From NCBI GenBank assembly GCA_963775425.1, contig CAVZJB010000017.1, forward strand, positions 224,001-288,000: a stretch of 64,000 nucleotides of DNA, given 5' to 3'. Each line of letters opens with the position of its first letter. Position 1 is the first letter of the stretch. The stretch is from an uncultured delta proteobacterium. GTDB taxonomy: Bacteria; Myxococcota; UBA727; VGSZ01. Shown here in pieces: positions 26,021 through 36,879 of the stretch. The notes under the pieces were generated by a model. The model made no database searches and was not told the origin of the DNA. It was given only the letters and a program-made list of their open reading frames with translations. The position numbers were made by a program, and so were the translations under genes.

Positions 26021-29000
26021 ATGCGCGCCGTCGTCGCCGTCAGCTTTCTGTCGCTCGCTCAGGCCGCGCACGCCGACGCCCCCCCGCCCCGCAGCGCGGC
26101 GTCGGGCGCGAACCTCTACCTCGGCGGCAAGCTCATCGAGCTCGGCATCGCGCAAGACGGCGCCTTCGGTCCGTCGGGCGCCAGGCCGGCGGGGTTCTTC
26201 GGCACGCCGGGCGACGCGGGGATCGGCATGAGCACCGACCACGACGGCTTCGGCGTGGGCGTGGACATGCCGGTCGACTACTTCCTGCCGGGCAGCCCGG
26301 AGGAGCGCTGGGCCGTGGGCTTCACCGAGCCCGACGGCAGCAAGGTCCGCGCGAGCGGGGCGGCGCGCTCGGCGTCCACGGGGAGCTTCACGCCCGTGAG
26401 CCTCGTCGACGAGTCGAGCGGCGAGCGGCTCCAGGCCCGCGTGGTGCTCAACGTCAACGACGACGCCGGCGCCGCCGCCCTCCGCTTGAGCATGATCTAC
26501 TCGTTCCGCGACGGGGACCCGGCGTTCGAGACCAAGGTCATCGTCCAGAACGTCTCGTCCACCACCATGGACCACGTGCGCTTCATGCGCTCGTTCGACC
26601 CCGACAACACCGTCTACCAGGGCGGCGCCTTCGCCACCGCCAACGAGATCCTCCGGACGTTCCGCGACGGCGACCCGCTGGAGATCGTGCGCGCCCAGAC
26701 CGACGACGACACGGACCCGCTGTTCGTGGCCCTGGGGACGCGGGCGCCGATCTTCTACATGTCCTCGGACGCGCGGGCGCGGGCGTCGCACTTCGGCTTC
26801 AGCAACACGGACGTCTACGCCGCCGCGGCGTATGACTCGCCGCCGACCAAGAACGTCGTCACGGTGCGCGACGAAGGCCTGGCCATCGACATCGACCTCG
26901 GCACGCTGCTGCCGGGGGCGCAGGCGAGCACCAGGTACCTCCTGAGCCTCGACGGCCGCAGCGTGGACGACGTGGTCGCCGACTTCTCCGACGCCGACGG
27001 CGACCACCTGCTCAAGCGCGACGAGGAGCTCCTCGGCACCGATCCCGATGACGCCGACAGCGACCACGACGGGGTCGCCGACGGCGACGAGGACACAGAC
27101 GGCGACGGCCTCACCGATCTCGAGGAGCTCGAGGGCACGTCGGATCCGCTCGACAGCGACAGCGACGGCAACGGCATCTTCGACGGCGACGAGGACGTCG
27201 ACGGCGACGGCCTCACCGCGCTCGAGGAGGCCGCGCTCGGGACGGACCCGAGCTCGCCCGACACCGACTCCGACGGCATCGTCGACGGCGACGAGGACGC
27301 CGACGGCGACGGCCTCACCAACCTCATGGAGCTCGCCCTCCTCCGCACCGACCCCACGAACGCAGACACCGACGGCGACGGCGTCGCGGACGGCGACGAG
27401 GACGCCGACGGCGACGACCTGACGAACACCGAAGAGGCCCGCGTCCTCGGCACCGACCCCACGAACGCCGACACCGACGGCGACGGCGTCGCGGACGGCG
27501 ACGAGGACGCCGACCACGACGGCCTGGCGAACGTCATCGAGATAGAGGTCACCGGAACGAGCCCGGTCGAGCGCGACACCGACGGCGACGGCTTGTCGGA
27601 CGGCGACGAGGCGGGCAGCGACGGCGACGGCGGCATCGGCACCGACCCGCTCGCCACAGACAGCGACGGCGACGGCGTCCCGGACGGCGACGAGGACGCG
27701 GACGGCGACGGCCTCAGCAACCTCGTGGAGATCACACAGACCGGCACGAGCCCCGTCGACAGCGACAGCGACGGCGACGGCCTCTCGGACGGCGACGAGG
27801 CGGGCCCCGGCGGCACCGGCACCGACCCGCTCTCGAGCGACAGCGACGGCGACGGCCTGTCCGACGGCGCCGAGGCCGCGATGCGCGACGACCTCGACGG
27901 CACGGGCACCAATCCGATGAGCCCCGACAGCGACGGTGACGGCGTGGCCGACGGCGATGAGGATCCCGACGCCGACGGCCTGTCGAACCTCGTCGAGGTG
28001 AACGAGACTCACACGAGCCCGGTGCTCGCCGACAGCGACGGCGACGGCCTCAAAGACGGCGACGAGGCGGGCCCCGGCGGCACCGGCACCGACCCGCTCT
28101 CCGCCGACACCGACGGCGACGGCGTCTCTGACGGCGACGAGCTCGGCCGCGCCGGCTGTCCCGGCACGCACACCGACCCGCTCTCGGCGGACACCGACGG
28201 CGACGGCGTCTCTGACGCGCTCGAGGACGACGACGGCGACGGCCTGCTCGCGCTCGAGGAGGTGGCCCTCTGCACGGACCCCGAAGACGCCGACACCGAC
28301 GGCGACGGCCTCACAGACGCCTACGAGCTCATCTACACCGTGACGAGCCCGACGAACGCCGACACGGACGGAGACGGCGTCAGAGACGGCGACGAGGATC
28401 CCGACCACGACGGGTTGGACAACGCCGCCGAGGCCGCCCTCGGCACGGCGCCGCTGGCCGCGGACAGCGACGGCGACGGCGTCTGCGACGGCGACGAGGT
28501 GGGCCACGACAGTCACCCCGGCACCGGCACCAATCCACTGCGCGCCGACACCGACGGAGACGGCGTCAGAGACGCGGACGAGGACGACGACGGCGACGGC
28601 CTCACCACCCGCGCCGAGCTCGCCGCCGGCACCGATCCCGCGCGCGCCGACAGCGACGGCGACGGCCTCAAAGACGGCGACGAGGTGACAGTCGTCGGCA
28701 CCGACCCGCTCGACGGCGACAGCGACGGCGACGGCGTCCCGGACGCCGTCGACGACCAGGACGGCGACGGGCTCGACAACGCGCTCGAGCTCGCGCTCGG
28801 CACGAGCCCGCAGGCGCGCGACAGCGACGACGACGGTGTCGCCGACGGCGACGAGGACAACGACGGCGACGGCCTCACGAACATCGAGGAGGTCGTGCTC
28901 ACGGGCACGAGCCCGCTCCTGCAGGACAGCGACGGCGACGGCGTCGATGACGGCGACGAAGACCGCGACGGCGACGGACTCACCAACCTCCAGGAGCTGC

Positions 29001-30781
29001 GGCGCACCGGCACCAACCCCGCCGTCGTCGACACCGACGACGACGGCGTCCCCGACGACCTCGAAGACCCGGACCATGACGCGCTCGAAAACGGCTTCGA
29101 GATCGCGCTCGGGACGGATCCCCGTGAGGCGGACACCGACCAGGACGGCGTGGACGACGGCGTCGAGGACCCCGACGGTGACGGCCTCACGAACATCGAG
29201 GAGCAGGCGCTCGGCCTCGATCCCCTCTCGGCGGACAGCGACGGCGACGGCATCCCCAATCCGCTCGACGATCAGGACGGCGACGGCCTCGACAACGCGC
29301 TCGAGCTGCGAGCCGGCCTCGACCCGCTCGCCCAGGACAGCGACGGCGACGGCCTCGGCGACCGCTACGATGACGCCGACGGTGACGGCCTCGACAACGC
29401 GCTCGAGCTCGCGCTCGGGACGGACCCGCTCGCGGCCGACAGCGACGGCGACGGCGTCAGAGACGGCGACGAGGACACCGACGGCGACGGCCTGAGCAAC
29501 GCCCTCGAGGTCGCGCTGCGCCTGAACCCGGGCTCCCGGGACACGGACGGCGACGGCGTCAACGACGCCGACGAGGACACCGACGCAGACGGCCTGGAAA
29601 ACGGCGAGGAGCTTCGGCTCGGCCTCGATCCGCGGCGGGCAGACACCGACGGTGACGGCCTCAACGACGGCCACGAAGACACCGACGGCGACGGCCTGAA
29701 CAACGTCCTCGAGGTGCGGCTCGGGCTCGACCCGGCGAGCGCCGTGAGCGGCGCGCAGCCGCACAGCGGCGACGGCGTCCGCGACGGGCAGCGCGACACC
29801 GACGGCGACGGCTTGCCGAACGCCGTGGAGCTCCGCCTCGGCCTCGACCCGGGCGCCGCCGACACCGACGGCGACGGCGTCGATGACGGCGACGAGGACA
29901 AGGACAACGACGGGCTGGCCAACGCGCTCGAGCTCGCGCTCGGGACCGACCCCGGGCGCGCGGACACCGACGGCGACGGCGTCTCGGACGCCGACGAAGA
30001 CAGCGACGGCGACGGCCTCGACAACGCCACCGAGCTCGCCTTCGGGACCGACCCCGGCAACCCGGACACAGACGGCGACGGCGTCGGCGACGGCGAAGAG
30101 GACGACGACGGCGACGGCCTCGATGCGCTCGGCGAGGCGCTGTGTGGAACGGATCCCGCCGTGGCCGACACCGACGGCGACGGCGTGCTCGACGGGGACG
30201 AAGACGCAGACGGCGACGGACTCACCAACGAGCAGGAGATGCGCCTGCACCTCGACCCGCTGCACGTCGACACCGACGGCGACGGCGTGAGCGACGCGCT
30301 CGAGGACACCGACGGCGACGGGGTGTCGAACATCGACGAGCTGCGCGCGCAGACCGGCCCCTCCGCGCCCGACGGGCCCTCTGCCGTCGCCGCTTCCGGC
30401 GCCGGCGCGCCCGAGTCCCTCGCCGGGATCGCCGGCGCCGGCTGCGCGAGCACGGGCACGTCGACGAGCGCGCTGGCCCTCGTGGTCCTCGCGCTCCTCG
30501 CGCTCCCCCGCCGCCGCGCGGGCCGCCGCCGCCCGGAGCGTCGTCACGCCGCCGTGTTCAGCAGGACGTGTCGCGACGGCACCGCGCACCGAAACGTCGC
30601 CTCGAGCACCACGGCGTCGCCGCGGAAGACGTCCACGCGCACGGTGCGCCGCTTCCCCTCGGCCGCGTCCACGCGCGCCTTGGCGACGACGACGTCGCCG
30701 ACGACCACGGGGGCGAGGAAGCGCACGGAGGCGTCGGCCAGGACCACCGTCGGCTCGTTCACCGCCAGCATCGCGGCGTAG
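26021..30781 (+). CDS. Giant secreted Asp-rich (thrombospondin type 3-like, Ca-binding) repeat surface protein with MYXO-CTERM-like tail
   Basis: GGAGG RBS, signal peptide, ~300-aa N-terminal domain, ~30 GTDP..ADxDGDG..DGDEDxDGDGL units, then GCASTG...[15 protein letters not shown]. Confidence 0.85.
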   Translation: MRAVVAVSFLSLAQAAHADAPPPRSAASGANLYLGGKLIELGIAQDGAFGPSGARPAGFFGTPGDAGIGMSTDHDGFGVGVDMPVDYFLPGSPEERWAVGFTEPDGSKVRASGAARSASTGSFTPVSLVDESSGERLQARVVLNVNDDAGAAALRLSMIYSFRDGDPAFETKVIVQNVSSTTMDHVRFMRSFDPDNTVYQGGAFATANEILRTFRDGDPLEIVRAQTDDDTDPLFVALGTRAPIFYMSSDARARASHFGFSNTDVYAAAAYDSPPTKNVVTVRDEGLAIDIDLGTLLPGAQASTRYLLSLDGRSVDDVVADFSDADGDHLLKRDEELLGTDPDDADSDHDGVADGDEDTDGDGLTDLEELEGTSDPLDSDSDGNGIFDGDEDVDGDGLTALEEAALGTDPSSPDTDSDGIVDGDEDADGDGLTNLMELALLRTDPTNADTDGDGVADGDEDADGDDLTNTEEARVLGTDPTNADTDGDGVADGDEDADHDGLANVIEIEVTGTSPVERDTDGDGLSDGDEAGSDGDGGIGTDPLATDSDGDGVPDGDEDADGDGLSNLVEITQTGTSPVDSDSDGDGLSDGDEAGPGGTGTDPLSSDSDGDGLSDGAEAAMRDDLDGTGTNPMSPDSDGDGVADGDEDPDADGLSNLVEVNETHTSPVLADSDGDGLKDGDEAGPGGTGTDPLSADTDGDGVSDGDELGRAGCPGTHTDPLSADTDGDGVSDALEDDDGDGLLALEEVALCTDPEDADTDGDGLTDAYELIYTVTSPTNADTDGDGVRDGDEDPDHDGLDNAAEAALGTAPLAADSDGDGVCDGDEVGHDSHPGTGTNPLRADTDGDGVRDADEDDDGDGLTTRAELAAGTDPARADSDGDGLKDGDEVTVVGTDPLDGDSDGDGVPDAVDDQDGDGLDNALELALGTSPQARDSDDDGVADGDEDNDGDGLTNIEEVVLTGTSPLLQDSDGDGVDDGDEDRDGDGLTNLQELRRTGTNPAVVDTDDDGVPDDLEDPDHDALENGFEIALGTDPREADTDQDGVDDGVEDPDGDGLTNIEEQALGLDPLSADSDGDGIPNPLDDQDGDGLDNALELRAGLDPLAQDSDGDGLGDRYDDADGDGLDNALELALGTDPLAADSDGDGVRDGDEDTDGDGLSNALEVALRLNPGSRDTDGDGVNDADEDTDADGLENGEELRLGLDPRRADTDGDGLNDGHEDTDGDGLNNVLEVRLGLDPASAVSGAQPHSGDGVRDGQRDTDGDGLPNAVELRLGLDPGAADTDGDGVDDGDEDKDNDGLANALELALGTDPGRADTDGDGVSDADEDSDGDGLDNATELAFGTDPGNPDTDGDGVGDGEEDDDGDGLDALGEALCGTDPAVADTDGDGVLDGDEDADGDGLTNEQEMRLHLDPLHVDTDGDGVSDALEDTDGDGVSNIDELRAQTGPSAPDGPSAVAASGAGAPESLAGIAGAGCASTGTSTSALALVVLALLALPRRRAGRRRPERRHAAVFSRTCRDGTAHRNVASSTTASPRKTSTRTVRRFPSAASTRALATTTSPTTTGARKRTEASARTTVGSFTASIAA
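26990..30345 (+). repeat. Coding tandem array of ~100-bp Asp/Gly-rich repeat units
   Basis: Recurrent GACACCGACGGCGACGGC / GACAGCGACGGCGACGGC at ~34-codon periodicity. Confidence 0.9.
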
Positions 30782-30939
30782 TCCGCGAGCCCGAACAGGA
30801 AGCCGCCGTGTGCCAGACCCAACACGTCTGCGCGCATTCGTTCATCCACGCGCAGCTCGACCTCGGCACGCCCGTCCTCGACGAGGCGCGGTTTGCCGAC
30901 GAGCGCCGCGTCGATCTTGTCGTGGGTTCGGATGTCCAT
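30544..30939 (-). CDS. PaaI/hotdog-fold thioesterase
   Basis: [29 protein letters not shown]. Confidence 0.88.
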   Translation of the reverse strand: MDIRTHDKIDAALVGKPRLVEDGRAEVELRVDERMRADVLGLAHGGFLFGLADYAAMLAVNEPTVVLADASVRFLAPVVVGDVVVAKARVDAAEGKRRTVRVDVFRGDAVVLEATFRCAVPSRHVLLNTAA

Positions 30940-30983
30940 GGGCCTGGTCTACAATGTGCAGTCCCGCGCCACACGGAGGATCC

Positions 30984-31559
30984 ATGCGCGCCTTTCGCCT
31001 CGCTCTGCTCCTCGCTGCCTTCATGAGCGGTTGCGGCTTCAACACCGTCGTCCAGAAAGACGAAGCGGTGAAGGGCGCGTGGTCCGAGGTGGAGAGCCAA
31101 TACCAACGGCGCGCGGACCTCGTCCCCAATCTCGTGCAGACGGTGAAGGGCTCCGCCAACTTCGAGCAGCAGACGCTGAGCGCGGTGGTGCAGGCGCGCG
31201 CCGCGGCCACGTCCATCAAGGTGGACTCGTCCATCATCGACGACCCGGAGCGGCTCAAGAAGTTCGAGGCCGCGCAGAACCAATTGAGCGGCGCGCTCGG
31301 CCGCCTGCTCGCCGTCTCCGAGAACTACCCCGACTTGAAGGCGAGCGCCGCGTTCCGCGACTTGATGGCGCAGCTCGAGGGCACCGAGAACCGCATCGCC
31401 GTCGCCCGCGGCCGCTACATCGCCGCCGTCGCCGACTACAACACCACGGTGCAGACCTTCCCGAGCATGTGTGGCGCCAAGCTCCGCGGGCGCGGCGTGC
31501 GCCCGACGTTCACCGCGACCACCCCCGGCGCCGACAAGGCGCCCGAGGTCAAGTTCTAG
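30984..31559 (+). CDS. lemA: LemA family protein
   Basis: YQRRADLVPNLV, ENYPDLKAS, QLEGTENRIAVAR; GGAGG RBS. Confidence 0.95.
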   Translation: MRAFRLALLLAAFMSGCGFNTVVQKDEAVKGAWSEVESQYQRRADLVPNLVQTVKGSANFEQQTLSAVVQARAAATSIKVDSSIIDDPERLKKFEAAQNQLSGALGRLLAVSENYPDLKASAAFRDLMAQLEGTENRIAVARGRYIAAVADYNTTVQTFPSMCGAKLRGRGVRPTFTATTPGADKAPEVKF

Positions 31560-32488
31560 TGGCGCTCGCGCTCCGCCCCGTCGTCGTCGTCGCGGCCGTC
31601 GCCGTCGCGGCCGCGCTCGCCTCTGCGCCGCCCGCGGCCGCCAGGGAGGTGCCGCCGCTCACGCAGCGGGTCACCGACGAGGCCGGCGTGCTCTCCGCCG
31701 CGGAGCGCGCGCAGCTCGACCAGAAGCTCGCGGCATACGAGCAGCAGACCGGCCACCAATTCGCGGTGCTCATCGTCAAGGGCCTCGACGGCGACGTGCT
31801 CGAGCAATTCAGCATCAAGGCCGCGGAGAAGTGGCGCCTCGGCGACGCCAAGCGCGACGACGGCCTGCTGATCGTCGTCGCCATGGCCGAGCACGCCGTG
31901 CGCGTCGAGGTCGGCTACGGGCTCGAGGGCGCCGTCCCCGACGTCACGGCGTCGCGCGTCATCCGCGAGATCATGATCCCGCGCTTCAAGCAAAACGACG
32001 TCGCCGGCGCCCTCAACGCCGGCACCGACGCGCTGATGAAGGCGGCGCAGGGCGAGAGCCTCGGCCCCGCGCAGACGCCGGCGCCGTTGCGCCGTCACGT
32101 ACCCTGGTCGTCGTACTTCTTCCCCGTCTTGCTGGTGTTCTTGTTCATGTTGCGGCTGCCGCGCCTCGTGCGCGCGCCCATCTTCGGCGTCGCCGGCGCC
32201 GTGCTCGGCTGGGCAATCTTTCGCTCGCTCGTCGCCGTCGGCGTGGTGTCCGCGGTGGGCGTCGCCCTCGGCGCGCTCATCCCCTCCGGCGGCGGCCGAG
32301 GCGGAGGAGGAGGACGCGGCGGCTTCGGCGGCGGCGGGATGCTGTGGTGGTTGCTGCCGTCGATGATGGGGTCGTCGCACCGCGGCTTCGGCGGCGGCAG
32401 CAGCGGCGGCTTCTCCGGCGGCGGCTTCGGCGGCTTCTCCGGCGGCGGCGGCGGCTTCGGCGGCGGCGGCGCCTCGGGGCACTGGTGA
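31559..32488 (+). CDS. TPM-domain (YgcG-like) membrane protein with Gly-rich tail
   Basis: VTDEAGVL, DDGLLIVVA, RVEVGYGLEG, C-terminal GGGGGFGGGGASGHW. Confidence 0.92.
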   Translation: MALALRPVVVVAAVAVAAALASAPPAAAREVPPLTQRVTDEAGVLSAAERAQLDQKLAAYEQQTGHQFAVLIVKGLDGDVLEQFSIKAAEKWRLGDAKRDDGLLIVVAMAEHAVRVEVGYGLEGAVPDVTASRVIREIMIPRFKQNDVAGALNAGTDALMKAAQGESLGPAQTPAPLRRHVPWSSYFFPVLLVFLFMLRLPRLVRAPIFGVAGAVLGWAIFRSLVAVGVVSAVGVALGALIPSGGGRGGGGGRGGFGGGGMLWWLLPSMMGSSHRGFGGGSSGGFSGGGFGGFSGGGGGFGGGGASGHW

Positions 32489-33111
32489 TGCGCGCGTTCG
32501 ACGAAACGTCCTTGAAGGCCATCTCCGACGCCGTCACCGAGGCGGAGCGGAGCACGTCGGGCGAGATCGTCGTCGTGGTGGCGCCGCGCAGCTCCGGCTA
32601 TGACGGGCTGCGCGCGGCGGTGGCGATCGTCGTCACCACGCTGCTCGCGCTCGCCGTGACGCTCCTGTGGCCCGCGCTCCACGCGAGCTGGATCGCGCTC
32701 GCCCTGCCCGTGGTGTTCATCGCGGCGTACGCGACGGCGGCGGCGCCGGCGCTGCTGCGGCTGGTGTTGTCGCGTGACGACGCGGAGGCGGCCGTGGCCG
32801 ACGGGGCGCGGCTCGCGTTCATCGACCGCGGCGTGCACCGCACGCGCGATCGCTCCGGGGTGCTCGTGTACATCTCGCTGCTCGAACGCCGCGTGCAGGT
32901 GCTCGGCGACGCGGGCATCCACGACGTGATCGGCGAAGCCGGCTGGCAGAAGACCGTGACGCGCATCGTCGAGGCGTTGGTGAAGCGCGAGCCCGCGGCC
33001 ATCGCCGACGTGGTGCGGGACATGGGCGCCACGCTCTCGGCGTCGTTCCCGCGGCGCGCCGACGACAAAAATGAGCTGCCGGACCAGGTCGTCGTCGCGC
33101 AGAGGCCTTGA
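32488..33111 (+). CDS. TPM-domain membrane protein (third gene of lemA operon)
   Basis: EAERSTSGEIVVVV, GVHRTRDRSGVLVYISLLERRV, DKNELPD. Confidence 0.9.
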   Translation: MRAFDETSLKAISDAVTEAERSTSGEIVVVVAPRSSGYDGLRAAVAIVVTTLLALAVTLLWPALHASWIALALPVVFIAAYATAAAPALLRLVLSRDDAEAAVADGARLAFIDRGVHRTRDRSGVLVYISLLERRVQVLGDAGIHDVIGEAGWQKTVTRIVEALVKREPAAIADVVRDMGATLSASFPRRADDKNELPDQVVVAQRP

Positions 33112-33168
33112 CACGACGACGTTGCCATGGGGCCGTCGCGCGGGTAGCACGCGACCAAGGAGTCCTCC

Positions 33169-33933
33169 ATGCGCACCGCCCTCGCCACCCTTCCCCTGCT
33201 CGCCGTCCTGGGCGCGTGGCCCGCGCTCGCCGCCGCGCCGTTCGCCGGCACCATCGAGATGAAGATCACCACCGACCACGGCGGCAACGGCAACATCAAG
33301 ATGACCATCGGCTCGGCCGGCGTCGTCAACGAGCTCACGATGCAGGGCCCGCAGGGCTCCATGGCCATCAAGTCCATCCTCAAGAAGGACAAGCCCGACT
33401 TCGTCTACCTCGTCAACGACACCAAGAAGTCGTACGTCCAGCTCCCGGCCAACGGCCCGATGCCTCCGCAGAGCGACGAGACATGGACCATCAAGAAGGT
33501 CGGCAAGGAGACCATCGCCGGCTACCCGAGCGTGCACGTCCAGGGGACGTCGTCGCAGGGCAACGCCATCGAGCTGTGGACCACCAAGAACATCATGGAC
33601 GCGGAGCAGTACGCCAAGGCCATGGGCGCCGGGCGCAACAACAGCGTCACCGGCTCGGTGATGGCGGCGCTCAAGGAGAAGCACCTCGACGGCTTCCCGG
33701 TGAAGATGATCGCCAAAGGCAAGGCCGGCGGCACCACCACCATGGAGCTCGTCAAGGTGAAGAAGGGCGCGGTTCCCGCCTCCACGTTCGACATCCCGAG
33801 CGGCTACCAGGAGGCCTCGATGGGCCCGCCCATGGGCGCCATCCCGCCCGAGGTGCAGAAGAAGATCCAGGAGAAGCTCGACTCCATGACACCCGAGCAG
33901 CGCGAAGCCATGAAGAAGGCCATGGCGCATTGA
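33169..33933 (+). CDS. DUF4412-like secreted protein
   Basis: Signal peptide, KETIAGY, GFPVKM, STFDIPSGY. Confidence 0.75.
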   Translation: MRTALATLPLLAVLGAWPALAAAPFAGTIEMKITTDHGGNGNIKMTIGSAGVVNELTMQGPQGSMAIKSILKKDKPDFVYLVNDTKKSYVQLPANGPMPPQSDETWTIKKVGKETIAGYPSVHVQGTSSQGNAIELWTTKNIMDAEQYAKAMGAGRNNSVTGSVMAALKEKHLDGFPVKMIAKGKAGGTTTMELVKVKKGAVPASTFDIPSGYQEASMGPPMGAIPPEVQKKIQEKLDSMTPEQREAMKKAMAH

Positions 33934-33950
33934 GCTGAGCGGCGTGACGG

Positions 33951-34550
33951 TCAACACGCGCCGCGCGCGAGGCGGACCATGGCGCGGGTGGCGTCGTCGA
34001 GGGAGCCGCCCGCGGCGAGGCGGGCGCCGACGGCCTCGATCCCGGCCACGACGGCGAAGACGGCGACCGGGTGCGGCGCGCGGGGGAGCTCGCCGCGGCG
34101 GTGGGCGTCCGCGAGGGTCTCTTCGAGGAGCGCGGCAAAGTGGGCGCGCAGCTTCTCCTGCCGGGCCTCGAAGCGGGGCCCGGCGGCGCGGCCCTCGGAG
34201 AAGAGCACGCGGGCGAGGCCTGCGTTTTGTGACACCAGCGACAGGAGCGCGCGGATGCCGCGCTCGAGCCGCTCCTCCACCGGCGAGCGCTCGATCTCCT
34301 CGTCGACGAAGCGCGTCGCGAGCTTGCCGGACGCGTCGTGCACGGCGGCGAGGACGTCGGCGAGGTCGTCGAAGTGCTCGTAGTAGGTGCGCCTGCTGAC
34401 GCCCGCCTCGCGCACGATGTCCTCGACGCTGGCGCCGGCATAGCCGAGCCGCGCGAACACCGCGGTCGCCGCCTGGACGAGCGCGCGCCGCTGCGCCCTC
34501 TTGCGAGCGGCCGGGGTGAGGGTCCGATCGTACTTTCCGCGCTCCGGCAT
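33951..34550 (-). CDS. TetR/AcrR family transcriptional regulator
   Basis: GYAGASVEDIVREAGVSRRTYYEHF HTH. Confidence 0.92.
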   Translation of the reverse strand: MPERGKYDRTLTPAARKRAQRRALVQAATAVFARLGYAGASVEDIVREAGVSRRTYYEHFDDLADVLAAVHDASGKLATRFVDEEIERSPVEERLERGIRALLSLVSQNAGLARVLFSEGRAAGPRFEARQEKLRAHFAALLEETLADAHRRGELPRAPHPVAVFAVVAGIEAVGARLAAGGSLDDATRAMVRLARGAC

Positions 34551-34572
34551 CGGATCATCGTCGCATGACGCA

Positions 34573-34618
34573 ATGGAAACATCTATGTTTCTATTCATTG
34601 AAACGCTGATGTTTCCAT
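34573..34618. promoter_or_regulatory. Tandem palindromic operator boxes between tetR and the C39-like gene
   Basis: GAAACATCTATGTTTC (34576-34591) and GAAACGCTGATGTTTC (34600-34615); AT-rich island in GC-rich DNA. Confidence 0.8.
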
Positions 34619-34634
34619 GACGTCCGGAGGACCC

Positions 34635-36005
34635 GTGAAGCCCGCGCCGCTGTTGTTCATCCTCGCCGCCGCCGCTGCCTGCGGCCCCGCGCTCGACGAC
34701 CCCTCCGACCTCGCCGGCGACGGCGCGCTCGAGTGGGGGGCGCCGGCCCCGGACGTCCCCGTGGGCGAGCTCATCGACGATGGGATCGCGATCGACGGCG
34801 ACGTCATCGATCCCGACGCCCTCGTCGCCGCGGTCTATCCCGCCGACCTCGATGATCTCGACCTCGGCGAGCTCGGCGACGATCGCTCCGACCCCGCCTC
34901 CGGCGACGCGCCCGCGCTCGACGACCGCCGCGGCGAATTCGGGCTCGACGGCGCGGCCGCGGGCGACGACGGCGACACCGGCGACGGGGCCGACGGCGAC
35001 ATCGACGACGGCGACATCGACGCCGGCGCCGGGGCGGACGGCGTCGCGGGCCCCGACGAGGGCGGCGTGGACACAGCGGTCATCGCCGCCGCCGGCCCGG
35101 CGGCGGGGTCGAAGATGATCACGAAGCGCTACGCGGCGTTTCACCGCTCGGCATCGACGTCGTCGTCGCTGCTGTCGGTGCCGCCCCACAACGGGGTGCA
35201 TGACTCCGGGCTGCACCGGTGGGGCAACCACAACGGCGTCGTTCCTCCGGGGCACACGGTGCGGCTCAAGAGCGCCACCGCGCACCACGGGTTCTACAAG
35301 GTGAGCTACGAGGGAAAGACCGGCTGGATCGCGAAGTCGAAGCTTTTGTGGAAGAACCCCGCGCTGTCCCGCGTCCACCTCGCGCTCAAGTCGCCGAACA
35401 CGTTCTTCAAGAACCAACTGCACCGCGCGCGCTTCAACAAGGACGGCCCCTCGACGTCGGGCAACTGTGCGCCCACCAGCCTCGCCATGGCCGCGCTCGT
35501 CCTCGGCAGCGAGCCGGCGGGGCTGAGCGTCGAGCAGAGCATCCACCGCGTGCGGCACAAGTACGACCCCGGGCTCCACGAGACCACCGGCACAACGCGG
35601 GCGCAGATCCAGAGCGCCGCCGCCGCCATCGGCCTCCACGTGCACGGCCTCACCACGGCGCTCCGCCCGAGCGCGGCGCTCGCGCGCGTCGCCCACCAGC
35701 TCTCGCTCGGGCACCTCGTCGTCCTCACCGGCCAGCCCGGCAAGGCCGGCGCCACGCCCACGGCGTACCAGAAGCGCTTCAACCAGGCCTACGCGGCCGC
35801 CCTCGCCGACGGACAGTCGCTGGTCCACTCGCGGTACACGTTCGACGGACACCACGCCATCCTCGTGCTCGGGCGCACAGCCACAGGACGGTACGTCGTC
35901 GGCGACCCCATCTCCGAGGTGGGCTTCGTGTCGCTCACCGGCGCCCAGTTGAAGGACTTCATGGCGCGCTTCGGCGGCGGCACCGGCAACGCGGTCTGGC
36001 GGTGA
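34635..36005 (+). CDS. Lipoprotein with acidic linker, SH3b-like segment and C39-like (papain-fold) peptidase domain
   Basis: AAAC lipobox; GFYKVSYEGKTGWI (SH3b-like); NCAPTSLAMA...GHHAILVLG...VGDP (Cys-His-Asp); GGAGG + GTG start. Confidence 0.75.
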   Translation: MKPAPLLFILAAAAACGPALDDPSDLAGDGALEWGAPAPDVPVGELIDDGIAIDGDVIDPDALVAAVYPADLDDLDLGELGDDRSDPASGDAPALDDRRGEFGLDGAAAGDDGDTGDGADGDIDDGDIDAGAGADGVAGPDEGGVDTAVIAAAGPAAGSKMITKRYAAFHRSASTSSSLLSVPPHNGVHDSGLHRWGNHNGVVPPGHTVRLKSATAHHGFYKVSYEGKTGWIAKSKLLWKNPALSRVHLALKSPNTFFKNQLHRARFNKDGPSTSGNCAPTSLAMAALVLGSEPAGLSVEQSIHRVRHKYDPGLHETTGTTRAQIQSAAAAIGLHVHGLTTALRPSAALARVAHQLSLGHLVVLTGQPGKAGATPTAYQKRFNQAYAAALADGQSLVHSRYTFDGHHAILVLGRTATGRYVVGDPISEVGFVSLTGAQLKDFMARFGGGTGNAVWR

Positions 36006-36143
36006 CAGGGCCATCGCGCACACGCTGGGCCGCCAACGGGGTGCCCACACCCAGGCGGCGCCGCACGAGCGGTTGTGAACGGGCCTTTACCCCCGGCACG
36101 CCTCCTGCTTGATGCCGCTCGCCGTTGAAGGCGGGAGTCCCCC

Positions 36144-36872
36144 ATGAGCCGATTTGTTGATGTCGATCCCACCACCTTCGCCGACGCAGGCGCGACGCTG
36201 CTCGGGCACCTGATGCTCCCGGTGGTCCACGACCTCAACAACCTGCTCACCGCCATGACCACCCTCGCCGAGGTCGCCGCCGAGGGCTTGCCCGAGGACA
36301 GCGTCGCGCGCGCCGACTTCGTGCAGCTCCTGCGCTACGCCGAAGGAGCCGCGGAGCTCACCCGGCGCTTGAAGGCCGTCGGCACGCCCTCCGCCGGCGC
36401 GTCGTGCATCGACGCAGGCGAGGTCGTGCGGGATACGCAGCGGCTCATCGCGTGCGTCCTCGGCAAGGACACGGTCGTCGACGTCGACGCGCCGCCCGTC
36501 GCGCGCGCCGTGCGCGTCGACCGCACCGAGCTCGAGCGCGTCATCCTCAACCTCGCCGCCAACGCGCGCGACGCGATGCGCGACGGCGGACGCTTCTCGC
36601 TCACCGTCGAAGAACGGCTCATCGAAGACCGCCCGGGCCTGGCGCCCGGACGGTACGCGGCGATCGTCGCCGCCGACACCGGCGCCGGCATCCCCGCGGA
36701 GACCCTCGGGCGCGTGTTCGAGGAGTCGTTCACGACCAAGAAGAACGGCCGCGGCGTGGGCCTCGCCTCGTCGCGCTCGCTCATCCGCGACGCCGGCGGC
36801 GACATCGAGGTCGTGAGCGGCGGCGCCGGAGCGGGCACCACGTTCACCGTGCTCCTCCCTCTCGCGCCGTAG
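36144..36872 (+). CDS. Histidine kinase core (HisKA + HATPase) without sensor domain
   Basis: HDLNNLL, ILNLAANARDAM, DTGAGI, FTTK..GRGVGL, GTTFTVLLP. Confidence 0.88.
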   Translation: MSRFVDVDPTTFADAGATLLGHLMLPVVHDLNNLLTAMTTLAEVAAEGLPEDSVARADFVQLLRYAEGAAELTRRLKAVGTPSAGASCIDAGEVVRDTQRLIACVLGKDTVVDVDAPPVARAVRVDRTELERVILNLAANARDAMRDGGRFSLTVEERLIEDRPGLAPGRYAAIVAADTGAGIPAETLGRVFEESFTTKKNGRGVGLASSRSLIRDAGGDIEVVSGGAGAGTTFTVLLPLAP

Positions 36873-36879
36873 CGCGGGG

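Noticed and set aside
26990-30345. Possible CRISPR array
   Set aside because: Repeats are in-frame, degenerate at third codon positions and lack unique spacers; no cas genes.
24734-30589. 1951-aa minus-strand VAVAV-rich ORF
   Set aside because: Mirror of the Asp/Gly repeat gene; GAC codons read as GTC on the other strand.
30984-33111. lemA-TPM-TPM operon as novel
   Set aside because: Widely conserved known arrangement.
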